From Mobula hypostoma (Eukaryota): a stretch of DNA of 64,000 nucleotides. The notes below the pieces were generated by a model that was not told the DNA's origin, did no database searches, and saw only the letters and a list, made by a program, of their open reading frames with translations. How positions within the stretch are numbered: the stretch's first letter is position 1; each line of letters begins with the position of its first letter. A program made the translations under genes and the position numbers. Shown piece by piece: positions 12,248-25,360 of this stretch. Where the stretch lies: NCBI RefSeq assembly GCF_963921235.1, contig NC_086108.1:54376001-54440000 (forward strand), given 5' to 3'.

Positions 12248-13014
12248 ACCCAGAAGACCAAGGAGATCATTGTGAACTTCAGGCATGCTAGGAGCCACAC
12301 TCACGTCCCCATCTACATCAACAGAGCTGTAGTGGAATGTGTATCAAGCTCCAAATTCCTTGGTGTCCACATTTCCAAGGATCTCACCTGGTCCCTGAAC
12401 TCCTCCATCCTGATCAAAAAGGCGCAACAGCGCCTTTATTTCCTGCAGGGCGTCAAGAAAATTCACCTCTGTCCCAGGATACTGACGGACTTTTACCGCT
12501 GTACCATTGAAAGCATACTCACCAACTGCATCTCAGTGTGGTATGGCAATTGTCCCGTATCGGACTGCAAAGCACTCCAGCGGGAGGTGAAAACTGCCCA
12601 GCAGATTATCGGCACCCAATTACCCACCAAAGAGTACATCTACCGTAAACGCAGCCTGGGCAGGGTGAAAAGCATTATCAAGGATGCATCTCACCCTAAT
12701 CATGGACGTTTTACTCTCCTCCCATCCGGTAGGCACTACAGAAGCCTCCACTCCCGCACCAGCAGGCACAGGAAGAGCTTCTTCCCTGAGGCTGTGACCC
12801 TACTGAACCTCACACCACAGCGCTAAGCACTATTGCGCCCATATTGTACTGTCTCAGTACTTTTATACTTGTGTGCTGTAGCACTTACTTTTTATTCGCA
12901 GTTATTTTGTAAATAACACTGTTCTTTGCATTTCTGGTTAGATGCTAACTGCATTTCATTGGCTTTGTATCTGTACTTGGCACAATGACAATAAAGTTGA
13001 ATCTAATCTAATCT
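12248..13014 (+). mobile_element. Rex1/Babar-type LINE, 5'-truncated
   Basis: ORF 12272-12826 KFLGVHISKDLTWS...KKAQQRLYFL...FYRCTIESILTNCISVWYG...LLPSGRHYRS; tail aataaagttgaatctaatctaatct. Confidence 0.9.
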
Positions 13015-13214
13015 TGATGTAGGGTATGGGTCATACGTGTGAAAGTAAGTTGCATGGGTTATTGGTTACCATGGACTTGAAGGGCTGTAAGGCCTTGTGC
13101 CATAAACATATGAAATATCCAGCAGTAAAGGTGGCCACCTCTCACATTCAGCAGTATAACTTAGTACCAAAGCAATTAAGAACATGAGAAAAGTACTACT
13201 TTTTTTTTTTAAAT

Positions 13215-14095
13215 GTGGAGTTACCTGCATGTCCTTCAGTGGGCAAATGGAATGATGCCCTCACTGGGGCATTAGTTGATCAAAGTCTATTCCAGATATT
13301 TGAATGAGGGAATCAAGTACAATATATCCAATTTGCTGCTGATAACCAAGCTAAGTGACAGTGTGGGTTATGAAGATAATGCACAGGGGGTTGCAGCAGA
13401 TTTTTGACAGCTTTAGTCAATAGGCAGATAAAATAGCACAGAAAACAAGAGTTTCTGCTTCAGTGAAAGAAGGAGAAAGAAAAAGTGAGAGATTAAAAAC
13501 TGTTGGTGTGTAGAAGGACCTAGGTATTATTCTCTGGTCATTACTGAATGTTAACGTGCTGATCCAGCAAACAAGTCAGGCAAGTGCACACTGCAAGAGG
13601 CTGTGTAAATTCAATTCGGATAACAGCGTCCAGAATATTGATTTTCCCCTATCTAAAGATGCACTTCTTTAGTTTGATTCCTGGCAAATGGTGAGTTTGT
13701 ATTAAACAAACTGTTGTGAGTTCTCTTATGTTTGCAAGAGTAAGAGGTGATCTCATTGAAACAAAATTTCTTCCATAGCTTAAAAGCTAGTTATGGAGTT
13801 AATGTTTCCCCTAGCTAAGCTGTCTAGAACCAAGTATCAAAGTTTCAAAATAAGGGGCAGCTATGTATGCTGGACAAATATACAAATATGAAAAAAGTCT
13901 TGATGCAGAACTTTGGAATTTTCTGTTGAGGAAAGCTGTGGAGATTTGGTGGTTAAGTATATTCAAGATGGATAGATTTTTAGATTATCAAGGGATATAG
14001 ATTACTGCATTGAAGTAGTGCTGAAGTTTTAACAAAAACACAATAATGGAATGGCAAACCAAGGTTAAGGAATGAAAAATGGCTTACTCCAGTCT
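13215..14095 (+). mobile_element. Old, highly degenerate CR1 LINE
   Basis: Recognisable gatgagggaatcaagt...atatcc..tttgctgctgata (RT core) and agaggtgatctcattgaaac (RGDLIE) segments. Confidence 0.65.
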
Positions 14096-14255
14096 CTTTT
14101 TTATCTTCTTATATTACCAAGCATTGTGGTACAGAAGGATATTTTATATGAGGTCTAATATTGTTTATTCTGTCTCTGATATTTTCCTATCAAAACATCA
14201 AGATTTTGAAACAAAATCTAATCCTGATGTGAAAATTATAGACTTTAGAATCTTA

Positions 14256-14435
<180 letters not shown>

Positions 14436-14832
14436 TCACATTTTGCTGAGTTTTAAATACTGTTTTGTTGACTTTTGAGCAAATATACCCACTTTTTTTA
14501 AATATAAAGTTTGTATGTTTCCCCTCGTCTTCAATGTTTTCACCTTGAGTGACACATCAGGCTGTAATGACATACTGGGAGCAATCTAATGTATTTTAAA
14601 TTGTTCCCATAAAGGGAGCAAAAGACTTTTGGATTCATCTTTTTCTTACTCTACCATCCAACAAATCCACACTAGTCCCATCCTCACTATTCACAGACTG
14701 CATTTAGATATGCATGACATCTGATGCACTTTTTCCCCCACAGTCAAAATAAATCAGTTTCTAAAAATGTTACCTTGTGCCTCAATTTCTCAAGCAGTGA
14801 TGAGAAGGTAATCATTAATACCCTCAAAGATT

Positions 14833-17775
14833 AGACCACAAGACATAGGAGCAGAATTAGACTACTAGGCCCATCAAGTCTGCTGATTTATTATCACTCT
14901 CAACCTACCTTCTCCCATAATCTTTGACGCCCTGACTAATCAAGAAACTAAAAACCTCCACAGCCATACATGGCAATGAATTCCACATATTTACCACCCT
15001 CTAGCTAAGGAAATTCCTCTTATCTCCATTCTAAATTAATGTCCCTCTATTCTGATGCTGTGCCCTCTGGTCCCAGACTCACCCATTATAGGAAACATCC
15101 TCTCCACGTGCATTTTATCTAGGCCTTTATAATATTCATTAGGTTTCAATGAGGTCCTACTTCATTCTTCATAAACTCCAGTCAGTACAGACCCAGAGCC
15201 ATCAAACGCTCCTCATACGTTAACTCTTTTTGTTTCCAGAATTGTTCTCATGAATCTCCTCTGGTCCCTCTCCAATGTCAGTATATCTTTTTGTAGAAAA
15301 GGGACCCAAAGCTGCTTACAATATTCTTAAGTACAGTCTGATCAATGACTTATAAAGCCTCAGCATCCTGTCCTTGTTCTTATATTCAAGTCCTCTCAAA
15401 ATGAATGCTAACATTACATTTTTGTTCTGTACCACTGTCTCAACCTGAAAGTTAACCTTTAGGGAATCCTGCACAAGGAATCCCAAGACACTTTGCACGT
15501 CTGATTTTAAATTTTTCTCCCCATTTAGAAAATAGTCTACATCTTTATTCTTTCTACCAAGGTGCACGGCCCTACACCTATATTCCAGCTGCCATTTTTC
15601 TCCGTTCTCCCAACCTGTCCAACTCCTGCAGACTCTGTTTCTCAACATGACGTGCCCCTGCAACTGTCTTTGTATCATCTGCAAACTTGGCTGCAAAGCC
15701 ATCAGTTCTGTCATCCAATCATTGATGTATAATGTAAAAAGAAGCAGTCCCTGTCTGCGCATTAGCTTACTTCATAAAAATTTTAAATTAAATATGGATT
15801 TTAATAAAATTAATATAATATCTTTGAATCTAAATGGTATGAACCAAGCTATTAAGTGCAGAAAGATTTTTAAGAAATCAAAAACACTTCTTGCAGATAT
15901 TATTTTTGTGCAGGAGACTCATATCCATAGGCAGGATGAAAATTGTTTTTTTTAGATTTTGGAAGGGACCCTTATGCCATTCTTTATCAGTAAATAAAAT
16001 AAGAGGGGTATCTATTTTTATTAATTCTAAAATAATTCTAGAATAGGCTCTTTTTATTCCAACTCTTTGCCTCCTGCCAGTCAGCCAATCTTCTACCTGT
16101 ACTAGTATCTTTCCTGTAATAGCACGGGCTCTTATCTTGTTAAGCAGCCTCATGTACAGCACCTTGTCAATGGCCTTCTTAAAATCCAAATAAGCAACAT
16201 TCACTGACTCTCCTTTGTCTATCCCGCCTGTTATTTCCTCAAAGATTCCAACAGATTTGTCAGGCAAGATTTCCCCTCAAGGAAACCATGCTAATTTTGG
16301 CCCACTTTATCAAGTGCCTCCAAATACCCAAAACCCTCATCCATAATAATGGACTCCAACATCTTCCCAACCACTGAAGTCAGGCTAATAGGCCTATAAT
16401 TTCCTTCCTTCGGCTTCCCTCCCTTCCTGAAGAAAGCAGTGACATTTACAATTCTTCATTCCAACAGAGCCATTCCAGAATCTAATGATTTTTGAAAGAT
16501 CATTACTAATACCGCCACAATCTCTTCAGCTACCTCTTTCAGACTGCTGGGGTGGAGTCCAGCTGGTCCCAAATCATTTATTTACCTTCACACCTTTCAA
16601 CTTCCCAAGCACCTTCTCTTTAGTAATAGCAACTACATTCACTTCTGCCCCCGAAGCTCTCAAATTTCTGGCATACTGCTATTTTGTCCACAATAAAGAT
16701 TTATGCAAAATACTTAAGTTCATCCGCCATTCTTTGTTCTCAGAATCTACCTCTCCAGTGCTTCTTTCCAGTGGTCCAATATCCACTCTTGCCTCTCTTT
16801 TACTCTTTATCTAATTGAATAATATATTATCTTTGATATTATTGGGTAGCTTACCTTCATGTTTTAACTTTGTTTTTTTGCCTTCTGTTAGTTTTTAAAA
16901 GCTTCCCAATCCTCTACTTTCGCAATATTTCATGCCCGCTTTTGCTTTCATGTTGTCCATGACTTCCCTTGTCAGCCACAGTTGTCTCATTCTCCTTTTA
17001 GAATACTATTCATCTTTGGGATGTACCTAACGCTACACCTTCCAATTTGCACCTAGAAACTACAGCCATTGCTGTTATACTGTCATCCTGCTTGCGTCCT
17101 CTCTCATGGATCTGTAATTACCTTCACTCCACTGTAATACTGATACATCTGACTTCATCTTCTCCCTCGCAAACTGCAGGGTGAATTCTATCATATTAAT
17201 ATCATTGCCTCCTCAGGGTTCCTCTAGCTTAAGTTCCCTAATTAAATATAGTTCATTACACAACATCCAATCCAGAATTGCTTTTTCACTGATGGGCTCA
17301 ACCACAAGTTGCCCTAAAAGGCCATCTTGTAGGCATCCTACAAATTTCCTCTGCTGGGATCCAGCGCCAACCTGATTTTCCCAATCTATCTGTATATTGA
17401 AATCTCCAACATTACTCTCATTACATGACTTCTATTTCTCATTGAAATTTATATCCTACGTCTTGTCTGCTGTTTGGGAGCTTGTTTACCAGTAGCCCCA
17501 TCTTCAGCCTATCACTTGAGTTATTATCCTCCTGCCAAGTTAGTTTAAACCTTCCCCAACAGCTCAAACAAACTCGACCACAAAGGTTCTCCTCTGGTTC
17601 AGGTGTAACCCGTCCTTGTGTACAGGTCAGACCTTCCCCAGAAGAGATCCTAATGATCCAGAAATCTGAACCCCTGTCCCCTGCACCAGTTCCTCAGCCA
17701 CTCATTCATTAGTACTATCATCCTATTCCTGCCATGACAAGCATGTGGTACTGGGAATAATCCAGAGATACTAAC
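14833..17775 (-). mobile_element. CR1 LINE, long degenerate copy with internal deletions; interrupted by an L1 fragment
   Basis: Minus-strand ORFs YLDFKKAIDKV and MLAFILRGLEYK..LRLYKSL; tail agaccacaagacataggagcagaattag at the low end; 5' region matches 45050-45320. Confidence 0.92.
15752..16037 (+). mobile_element. L1-type ORF2 N-terminal (APE endonuclease) fragment
   Basis: MDFNKINIISLNLNGMNQAIKCRKIF...ADIIFVQETH, then after a frameshift RFWKG...KIRGVSIFI; matches the L1 endonuclease pattern SxNxNG...DIxxxQETH...RGVxI. Confidence 0.85.
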
Positions 17776-17869
17776 GGGAAATTATTGTTTGGGCCAGGAA
17801 TAGTCAACCACCTGGACCAACTAGAAAGACAAAATAATTACTGACACCCACTTCGTGATATTTACTTAC

Positions 17870-17994
17870 TTTACATATCTGCAATGCATATTTAATTTGA
17901 GTTTTTAAGGTCACTTTCGATTTATGTCGGGGAAGATATTCTTTAAGGCTTCCAGAAGGAAGATATTCCATGATCAGCTTCATCCCTTTTCCAC
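17870..17994 (-). CDS. JAK1: JAK1 exon (~exon 21), JH1 hinge, 125 nt
   Basis: (G)[41 protein letters not shown]; acceptor tttcag, donor gtaagt. Confidence 0.97.
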
Positions 17995-19579
17995 CTGAAA
18001 ACCAATAAAAAATTAGTTTGAAATTGCAGATGCAGGCAAGAAAGCAAAAGTGACCCAGTTTAGCCCATTTAATCTGTTTCTCCTCAAGTCTCCTCCAGTG
18101 ATTCAACCTCCAGATGAATTTTTTTCTTCCTTATTCTATCAGAGTAGATCAAAGAAAAAAGGATTTTACAATCAATATTATTCAAGCATAACTTTTTGCC
18201 TCCACAATATGAGATTTCCGTCTGAAATGGATATTTAACAAATCTTGTGTTAGAAATAAGTTTTTTATTTTTAAGTTTTAAAACCTTTTTAAGTTGCATC
18301 TTTTTATTGATACATACAGTTCCTTGACTTCCAATACTTAGCTCAAGAGAACTTTAACAGTATCAAACTGATTGTGACAATACATCTGTGTTAAATACCT
18401 TGTATATTATACATTCACAGAATTAATACCAACTAAATTGGCATGAACAAGTCATAAAATGAAAAATCTTCCTGGTCTGCATGAACAAGATTTATATTTA
18501 CATCCTCAAGTCGGGTTTTGAATTTACCAGCTAGTAAGAAAGAGAAATCCAATAACAATTATGGCTACATTAGGGAATAGTTATGTGGCAGTTTATAATG
18601 CCAATTGAGTTTGAGCAGTTGATAATTGGTCACTTAGAGATCCAAGTATGAGGCCAGAGCTGTAATAGCATTCTGCCAGTTGGGCAAGGGACAGATATAA
18701 GCTGCCTGCACCAAAGAGTCAGCAACAACTGGACAAGCTGCCGTGAGCAGTCATGCAGGATTTGTGAAGAAAGAATCTTTGCTTCTGGTTGATGGCCTAG
18801 CATCAGAATTGGAAGAAGCAATCAATCAGAAACCTTAAATCTTGTTTTGGTCTGCACCTGTATTAACTGAGCTAATTATTTACTTTGTTCCTGTTCTGGA
18901 AGGGGAAAATTTAGAGCAGGCAGGGCTTTATTTTAAATCTTTAAAAAAAATGTAACTGAAGTCACTTAGAGGGATCAGCCATAATTTGATGGACAAGAGT
19001 ACACGTGTCTATCCTTGCTGTTACTAATGTTGTTTGTGATACAAGATCCAATCTTGACCTCTTGGTCTGACAAAGGATACTGTTTGGTTACTCTAGTTTT
19101 AACAGTGCGGATTTGCATGGCAGCTAGATTGCAATATATGTTTTCAGGCCTGGTTAAAATGTGACTGGGTGCCATTGTTGTCTCCTTTAAACTGAATTAC
19201 TGCTACACCAGCGGTGTGTAAAAATAACAGAATCTGTGATTTTTGTATACAAGAACAGTACACAACCATTAAAAATGGTTGTATTTAAACAATCATTGTA
19301 AAATGATGTAAAAATATGAAATTAGTGTGAGCAAATCATAAAATGCAGCCATTTTATTGCAATAACTTGTCCACAGTTGAAAGTTAAAATTTGTCTTTTA
19401 CTGATACCATTGTTTCACAACCAGTCTGTACTGTTTTATTAGGCCCACCAATCTTGTTTTCTTTTGGAATAGAGCAAACAGACAATTGGCACAACATCTG
19501 TTCGGCAGTGTTTAAAAATAATGGTGCAATTTAATTGTTGTCAATTTAGAGTATTAAAATTAAGTTTTGCTTTAAAGAT

Positions 19580-20065
19580 TCTTAGTCATACAATTCCAAA
19601 CAAGTCCTCCAGCCCACCACATCCACACTGCCCATCTAGTATCTATCTATAGTAATTCAGTTTCTCAGAACTGTTGTACGTAGCTTTTCATACCTGCATC
19701 ACCTTGTATACCTGTACTGCCACCTTCAGGGATCTTCAGACTAGTACACTGAGCTCTGACCATTCTGCAATATGCGCTCGGATCCTACCTTTCATTGTCA
19801 ATGCCCCACCCTTACCTTGCACATCAGAATTAATTTCCATCTGCCATTGCTCTGTTCATTTTACCAACTGATCAGCATCGCCCTGTTTACGACTGTCAGC
19901 ATAATTCATTTTCATGTTGTCTGCAGGCTTACTAATCTTGCATTTGTATCCACGCTATCTATGTAAATAATACAAAGCTTTTGCACTGATCACTGTTGTA
20001 CACCACTGGTCAGAGCAATCCGATCATAAAACAACCTTCTACCTCCATCCTCTACTTCCTATTAT
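19580..20065 (-). mobile_element. Old degenerate CR1 fragment
   Basis: Reversed CR1 tail and caccttgcacatcagaattaatttccatctgccatt (WQM.FN..KC.V on the minus strand). Confidence 0.6.
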
Positions 20066-20189
20066 TAATTTTCCTTCAAAAGATGTTTTTCTTAAATTAG
20101 AAACATTAACTTTTGCAATGTAAGTGAAACCAGGCCTAATGAAGAAGAACTGCTTGTGTGGGAGCAAAATGTTGGGGTATTAAGGAGGG

Positions 20190-20490
20190 ACATCTTCAAA
20201 AGGCATTACTTCAAGAAGGTGGCATCTATTGTTAAGGGCCCTCACCATTCAGGACGTGCTACCATTAGAGAAGTGTAAAGACACACTTAATGTTTCAGAA
20301 ACAGCTTCTTCCCCTCCACAGTCATATTTCTGAACAGTCCACCAGCCCAGTCCACCCTCACCATTCCTATTTGCACTATTTTTTTTTATTTTTTATTGCA
20401 GCTTACGCTATTTCTTGCACTGTACCGCTGCGACAAAAACAGGTTTCACGACATATGTCAACAATAATAAATCTAATTTTGATTCTGAAC
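20190..20490 (+). mobile_element. Rex1/Babar-type 3' fragment
   Basis: gcatctattgttaagggccctcacc...gaaacagcttcttcccctc (SI.K.P.H...RNSFFP); tail aataaatctaattttgattctga. Confidence 0.7.
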
Positions 20491-20499
20491 TTAGAGCCC

Positions 20500-20810
20500 A
20501 GGCAACTGATAACTGCTGTGCTTGTCAGCATGCTAACACTACTGCCTCGGAGCTCTGGGCATTGAGTTTTAATCCTTGGGTCCTCTATGTGTGGGGTTTG
20601 CATGTTCTAGTGACCTAGTGGGTTTCTTCCACATATTCCTGTTTCCTCTTACAGGCAATTGTAATTTATCCATTGGTACAAGACAAAAAGAACAAAAGAT
20701 TTGATGGGCATATGCCTGGGAGATTAGTTTGCAGCATGGCAGGGAAATGAGGGGAGAATCGGACTGCAGTCCAGGAAGCATGTATCTAATAGATCAAATG
20801 GCCTTCTGTG
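20500..20810 (+). mobile_element. HE1-like tRNA-derived SINE, degenerate
   Basis: Core tatgtgtggggtttgcatgttct..gtgacctagtgggtttc, similar to 50800-51075 and to reversed 62195-62470. Confidence 0.6.
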
Positions 20811-21028
20811 TCATTTTAAAATGAGCTATCAACGTAATGACTATTACTGAGATATTCAATGGAATTTCACTCATACCAGAACCAAGAGTTAGTTATATGT
20901 CTATGAGTAGCTTTGCAACTAAACTCAATTCTTCACTCACCAAAACACTTCCAGAGTGTCACCCAGAAACTATAGCTGATGTTTTGACACCAATGCTAAC
21001 AGCTTGCATTGACATATTGCCTCTAAAG

Positions 21029-21108
21029 CAGGGGGTCCTAACCAAGGATTCACAGACCCCTCTGTTAATGGTAAGGCTCCATGGCATAAAAAAGAATGGA
21101 AACCCCTG
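21029..21108 (+). mobile_element. 80-bp hAT-type MITE, copy 1
   Basis: Ends cagggggtcctaacc / aatggaaacccctg; internal ccatggcataaaaaag shared with the other copies; TSD decayed. Confidence 0.75.
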
Positions 21109-21179
21109 TCCCACGGCATAAGAAAGCAGCATCAGTGATGGAGAGTTTTTTGGGAAAATTTATACTTAGAAAGGCAAAG

Positions 21180-22650
21180 ATTAAACAAAAATATTCAATA
21201 TGGGTTTGATAGCATGCCATTTTTCTAACCAAGCTGCTAGAACATTTTTGAAGACGTAACAAAATGTATTGATGAGGACAATGTGATTGATCTAGTCTAC
21301 ATCATTTCCCTAAAGCCTCTGACAAGTTTGCACATGAGGAAAGCGGTTCAAAACTTAAGAGCCCATTTGCACTAGGGCAAAGTTACAAACTGGATCCAAA
21401 ATTAGTTTTGTAATAGAAGGAAGAGAGTGATGGTGGAAGGTTTTGTGATCGGAAGCTTCGGACTAATTTTGTAGCACAAGTGTCCATGCTGTTTAGTGTA
21501 TATATTGGTGATATGGATATAGGGGATATGATTTATAAATGGAAACAAGGATACCAGAAAATAACAGCAGAGATAGATGAGCTGGTGAAGAATATATTGG
21601 ATATTTACCTTCATTAGTCAAAGAACTATACGTAAGAATAAGAGGCTATGATAAAACATTGGTTTGGCCATTAGTGTAATTCTTCTTCTGTTGTCCATCG
21701 AAATCCGATGACGACGTCCACTCCTTTAACGGTGAGATCTTTGATGACAATACAGTCCTATTCTGGACCCACAAGCAGCTATTGCAGGTGGGACATGTAT
21801 ATGTAATAGTGGTGGTGGTTGTAGTGGCAACCGTGGCTCCATTTCTCCTGGCTCTCTTCTGCTGTCTTCTGGTTGTTCTTTCCATCTCCAGAATACGAAC
21901 CCCGTCCCTACACAGCTGTCGCCAAGTGGTACGGTCAGCAGCAACCTCCTCCAGGTCCTCGGGTCTGATCTTGCACTTCCTTAAAGCATTCTTCATCTGA
22001 TCCTTATAGCGCTTCTTTGGCCTTCCAGCTGAGCGTCGACCATGATGTAGCTGGCCGTATAACACTCTGCGGGGTAGCCGATATGGGGGCATCCTTATCA
22101 CGTGCCCCAGCCACTGCAGCTGATGCTGGGTGATCGTGGCCTCAGTACTTCTGCAGTTGGTCTTTACAAGTATTTCACTGTGAGGCACCCGCTCACGCCA
22201 GATAATTCCCAGGATGCGCTGGAGGCAGGTTATGTGGAAGTGCGCCAAGGTACAGTATTACTGTAATACTGCATACACAAAAGGAAAGATGATATTACAA
22301 TGCAGAGGGTGCAGAGGAAATTCAACACAAGGTTGCCTGGGATGGAGTGCTTCATTTATAAGGATGGACTGGGTTGTTTTCCTCAGAACAAAGAAGCCTG
22401 AGGAGACACCTGATAGAGACATTCATAAACACTGAGGGGCATAGATAATATGAAATTTTTCCCATACCAACTACAGTACATCTAAAACTAGAGTGTCTAA
22501 GTTTATGGTAAGGATTAGCAGATATAGATGGGATCTGAGGGGAAATCTTTTTAATCTAGAAGATTGCTGAAATCTGAAATACACTGCCCAAAATCAGGAT
22601 GGAGATGGCTATTTTCACAACATTTAAGTATTTAGCCAAGCACTTGAATT
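21180..22650 (+). mobile_element. Old degenerate CR1, split by an RTE insertion
   Basis: gaacatttttgaagacgtaacaaaatgtattgatgagg (FFEDVTKCIDE) and ctggatccaaaattag before the RTE; gagggtgcagaggaaattc after it. Confidence 0.65.
21680..22249 (-). mobile_element. RTE-clade LINE 3' end, well preserved
   Basis: CLQRILGIIWRERVPHSEIL...QLQWLGHVIRMP..RLPRRVLYGQL..GRRSAGRPKKRYKD; C-terminal CPTC...HQRSH zinc finger (frameshifted); (GAA)n tail. Confidence 0.92.
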
Positions 22651-22796
22651 ACCAATACCCTAATTGGATAATCGACTAAATCTGTGACTAAATTTGCAAA
22701 ACTCCCTGGTCTGTAGTATTCACAACCATTACATTACACTACATTTACCAAATGAGCATTTAAGGTAACAAAAGGTTGAAGCTGACAGAAAAATCA

Positions 22797-23051
<255 letters not shown>

Positions 23052-24489
23052 TTAATTAATTTCAAACTGGATTGACCACAGTCACTATTTTGCAGAATAG
23101 CTGACTCTAAGTTGATCATAGAGGTTCATCAAAAGATTAATTGCTGCTTAAGTCAGAGTTTAAATCTGTACCAGTCTGCTCAGCTCTTTCTTGATAGTGA
23201 TCTACCCAGACAGAAGATTAACTCAGCTTGAGAAGTTCTGCTTCATTTGGGTCAGACATCAAAATAATCATAACACAGAGCCAAGATTTCTCAGGCTAAG
23301 GTTAGGGACTCTAACAATTCCAATGGCTTTCAATGGACTGTGCGGCCAAACTGATGACAAAGACTTTAGCAGTCTATGATTATGTTCTCTTCCAGCTCAT
23401 CAGCACATGCATCTGGGACTGTTGTACACACCATTGTACAGCAAATAAGACGAGAAGACTACAATTTGATTAGTGTTTTTCTGGAAAAACTGGTTGAATC
23501 TGATCTGATAGCAAGGACCTGCAACTTTTGTTAATCAAACCCACCTCAGACCTAATAACTACAGTCAGCAAAGCTCCAGTTCTTGACAGAACATTACATG
23601 AAAAACACAACAGATCATTTAGTGTCATTTGGTCCCTTCAATTAAACAACTAGCTTAAATCACAATTTTATACATTTTATTAGTTATGTTTCATCCCAGA
23701 TGCCCCAATGTCATTGCCAGTTGTATTAATTTTTTAAAGTGAATTAAAATAATACTCTTGGTCTTACACCAATAAAGGAGGCTAGAATACAACATCAATG
23801 AGAATTTTTTTTCAGTTCACCAAACAGTGACTGGAACATGAATCTTCGAATGATTTATAAATGTGAACTAACTTATCAATTTTTAAATTGTTAAACATTC
23901 ATTGGAACCAAAATTCCAATTTACAAATTAAGGATCAAAAGTGAACCCTGCCTGCAAGCAAATCAAGACTTAGTAGACTTCGAGTTGAGGCAAATGAATT
24001 TTTAGAAGGAATTAAAAGAGAAAATATTAGAAATCTTTAGTGGTCCTGGCACCCAAGGCTATGGCTATGGGTGGAGTACAGCATTGGCATAGCTAGGCAT
24101 TAGAGTACTATTTTGGGGGAAAAAATAAAGCCTGCAGATTTAAAGTGTCAGTTTGTGTTTCTGAACCTTGTATTTTTCTTCATGTATAGCAGCTTATATT
24201 CTCATTACCCATCATTTTCTAAATAAACCTGAGCAAAATCTTAATTGATCAAGATACACTTCATGAGTATTACAGTTGTTCTTATGCCTCAAATTTGGAG
24301 CTGCTTACTTACAAAGTTTGCTGCGTAGTCTCAGTGTTTCCAGCACTTTCTGTTGTTACATTGCTTTCTACCTTGTTCAAACTTGTTCACTTCCATCTGG
24401 ACCTTTCAACCTTTATTCATGTTTTTCAATAACTTAACATATCTAATTATAATATGACAAATCAAGTGCAAATAAAACCAGTTCCATAC

Positions 24490-24584
24490 TTCACCAAGAT
24501 CCCGTATCCTTCGTAGGAACCTTTTCTCAAAGTGGGTTGGGTCAATTTCTGCCCTGGGTTTATCTTCTGGAATTATATTTGGAT
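24490..24584 (-). CDS. JAK1: JAK1 exon (~exon 19), JH2-JH1 linker, 95 nt
   Basis: (N)[31 protein letters not shown]; acceptor taccag, donor gtatgg. Confidence 0.96.
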
Positions 24585-25206
24585 CTGGTAAAAAGCATTA
24601 AAAAGACTTTTGAAGCAAATGTAAAAAAAGACAACCTTTATTGTGTCTATTAAGTGGTTATTTGATTTTTTTTTAAAAAGACAATGCAAATAACCATTAA
24701 TCAGTTCTTTACCATATCACACATACAAACTTGCCATAATGTGATGTGCATGTATGTCAGTAATTCCATCCTAATTGATTCAGTAATTATTCATGTCTCC
24801 ATGCCAATTCAGTCACAGATGAGCAATTCTACATAATGATGACAAAGGAAAATCTACGCAAACCTACTATTCTTAATGTTGTTTTCGTAATGCCTTTTCA
24901 CTTGCATTGAAGAACATTTAGGTCTAGCATGTAATAAAATCTTTTTTCTCCTTTATTGTCATATTTAAAAAGCAGCAAGCACTACTCTAATTACAACTCT
25001 GTCAACTTTATGAAAACATGATTGGTCACCATAGGAGGTGCAAGAGTACTGGGTATAAATATGATAATGGGCTTAGGATAAGGGAAAAGGGGCCTGCCAA
25101 AGTCTCTGGGCTGTATAATGTGAACTATTGACTTAAACAGTTATTTTATAAGATGCTGACAAAGTAACTAATAAAAAAAATCTTCCTGACATCTTAGTTA
25201 ACTTAC

Positions 25207-25360
25207 TTTGCTCTTGCAGTTTATTGATCTCTCTCATAATGGCCCGAAAGAATGGTCGCTCCGGTGGGTTGTAGGTCATGCACTGTTGCATTAGTTCAAC
25301 CAGTTCCTTACAGGAGGATGAAGTTGTTAGTTTACACCGAGCTTCATAGAATCTTTCTTT
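25207..25360 (-). CDS. JAK1: JAK1 exon (~exon 18), end of JH2, 154 nt
   Basis: [51 protein letters not shown]; acceptor acacag, donor gtaagt. Confidence 0.96.

Noticed and set aside
22250..22275. tacagtattactgtaatactg, a short palindrome reminiscent of miR-101 (which lies near JAK1 in human)
   Set aside because: Does not match the mature sequence tacagtactgtgataactgaa and has no precursor-length hairpin; it sits at an RTE/CR1 junction.
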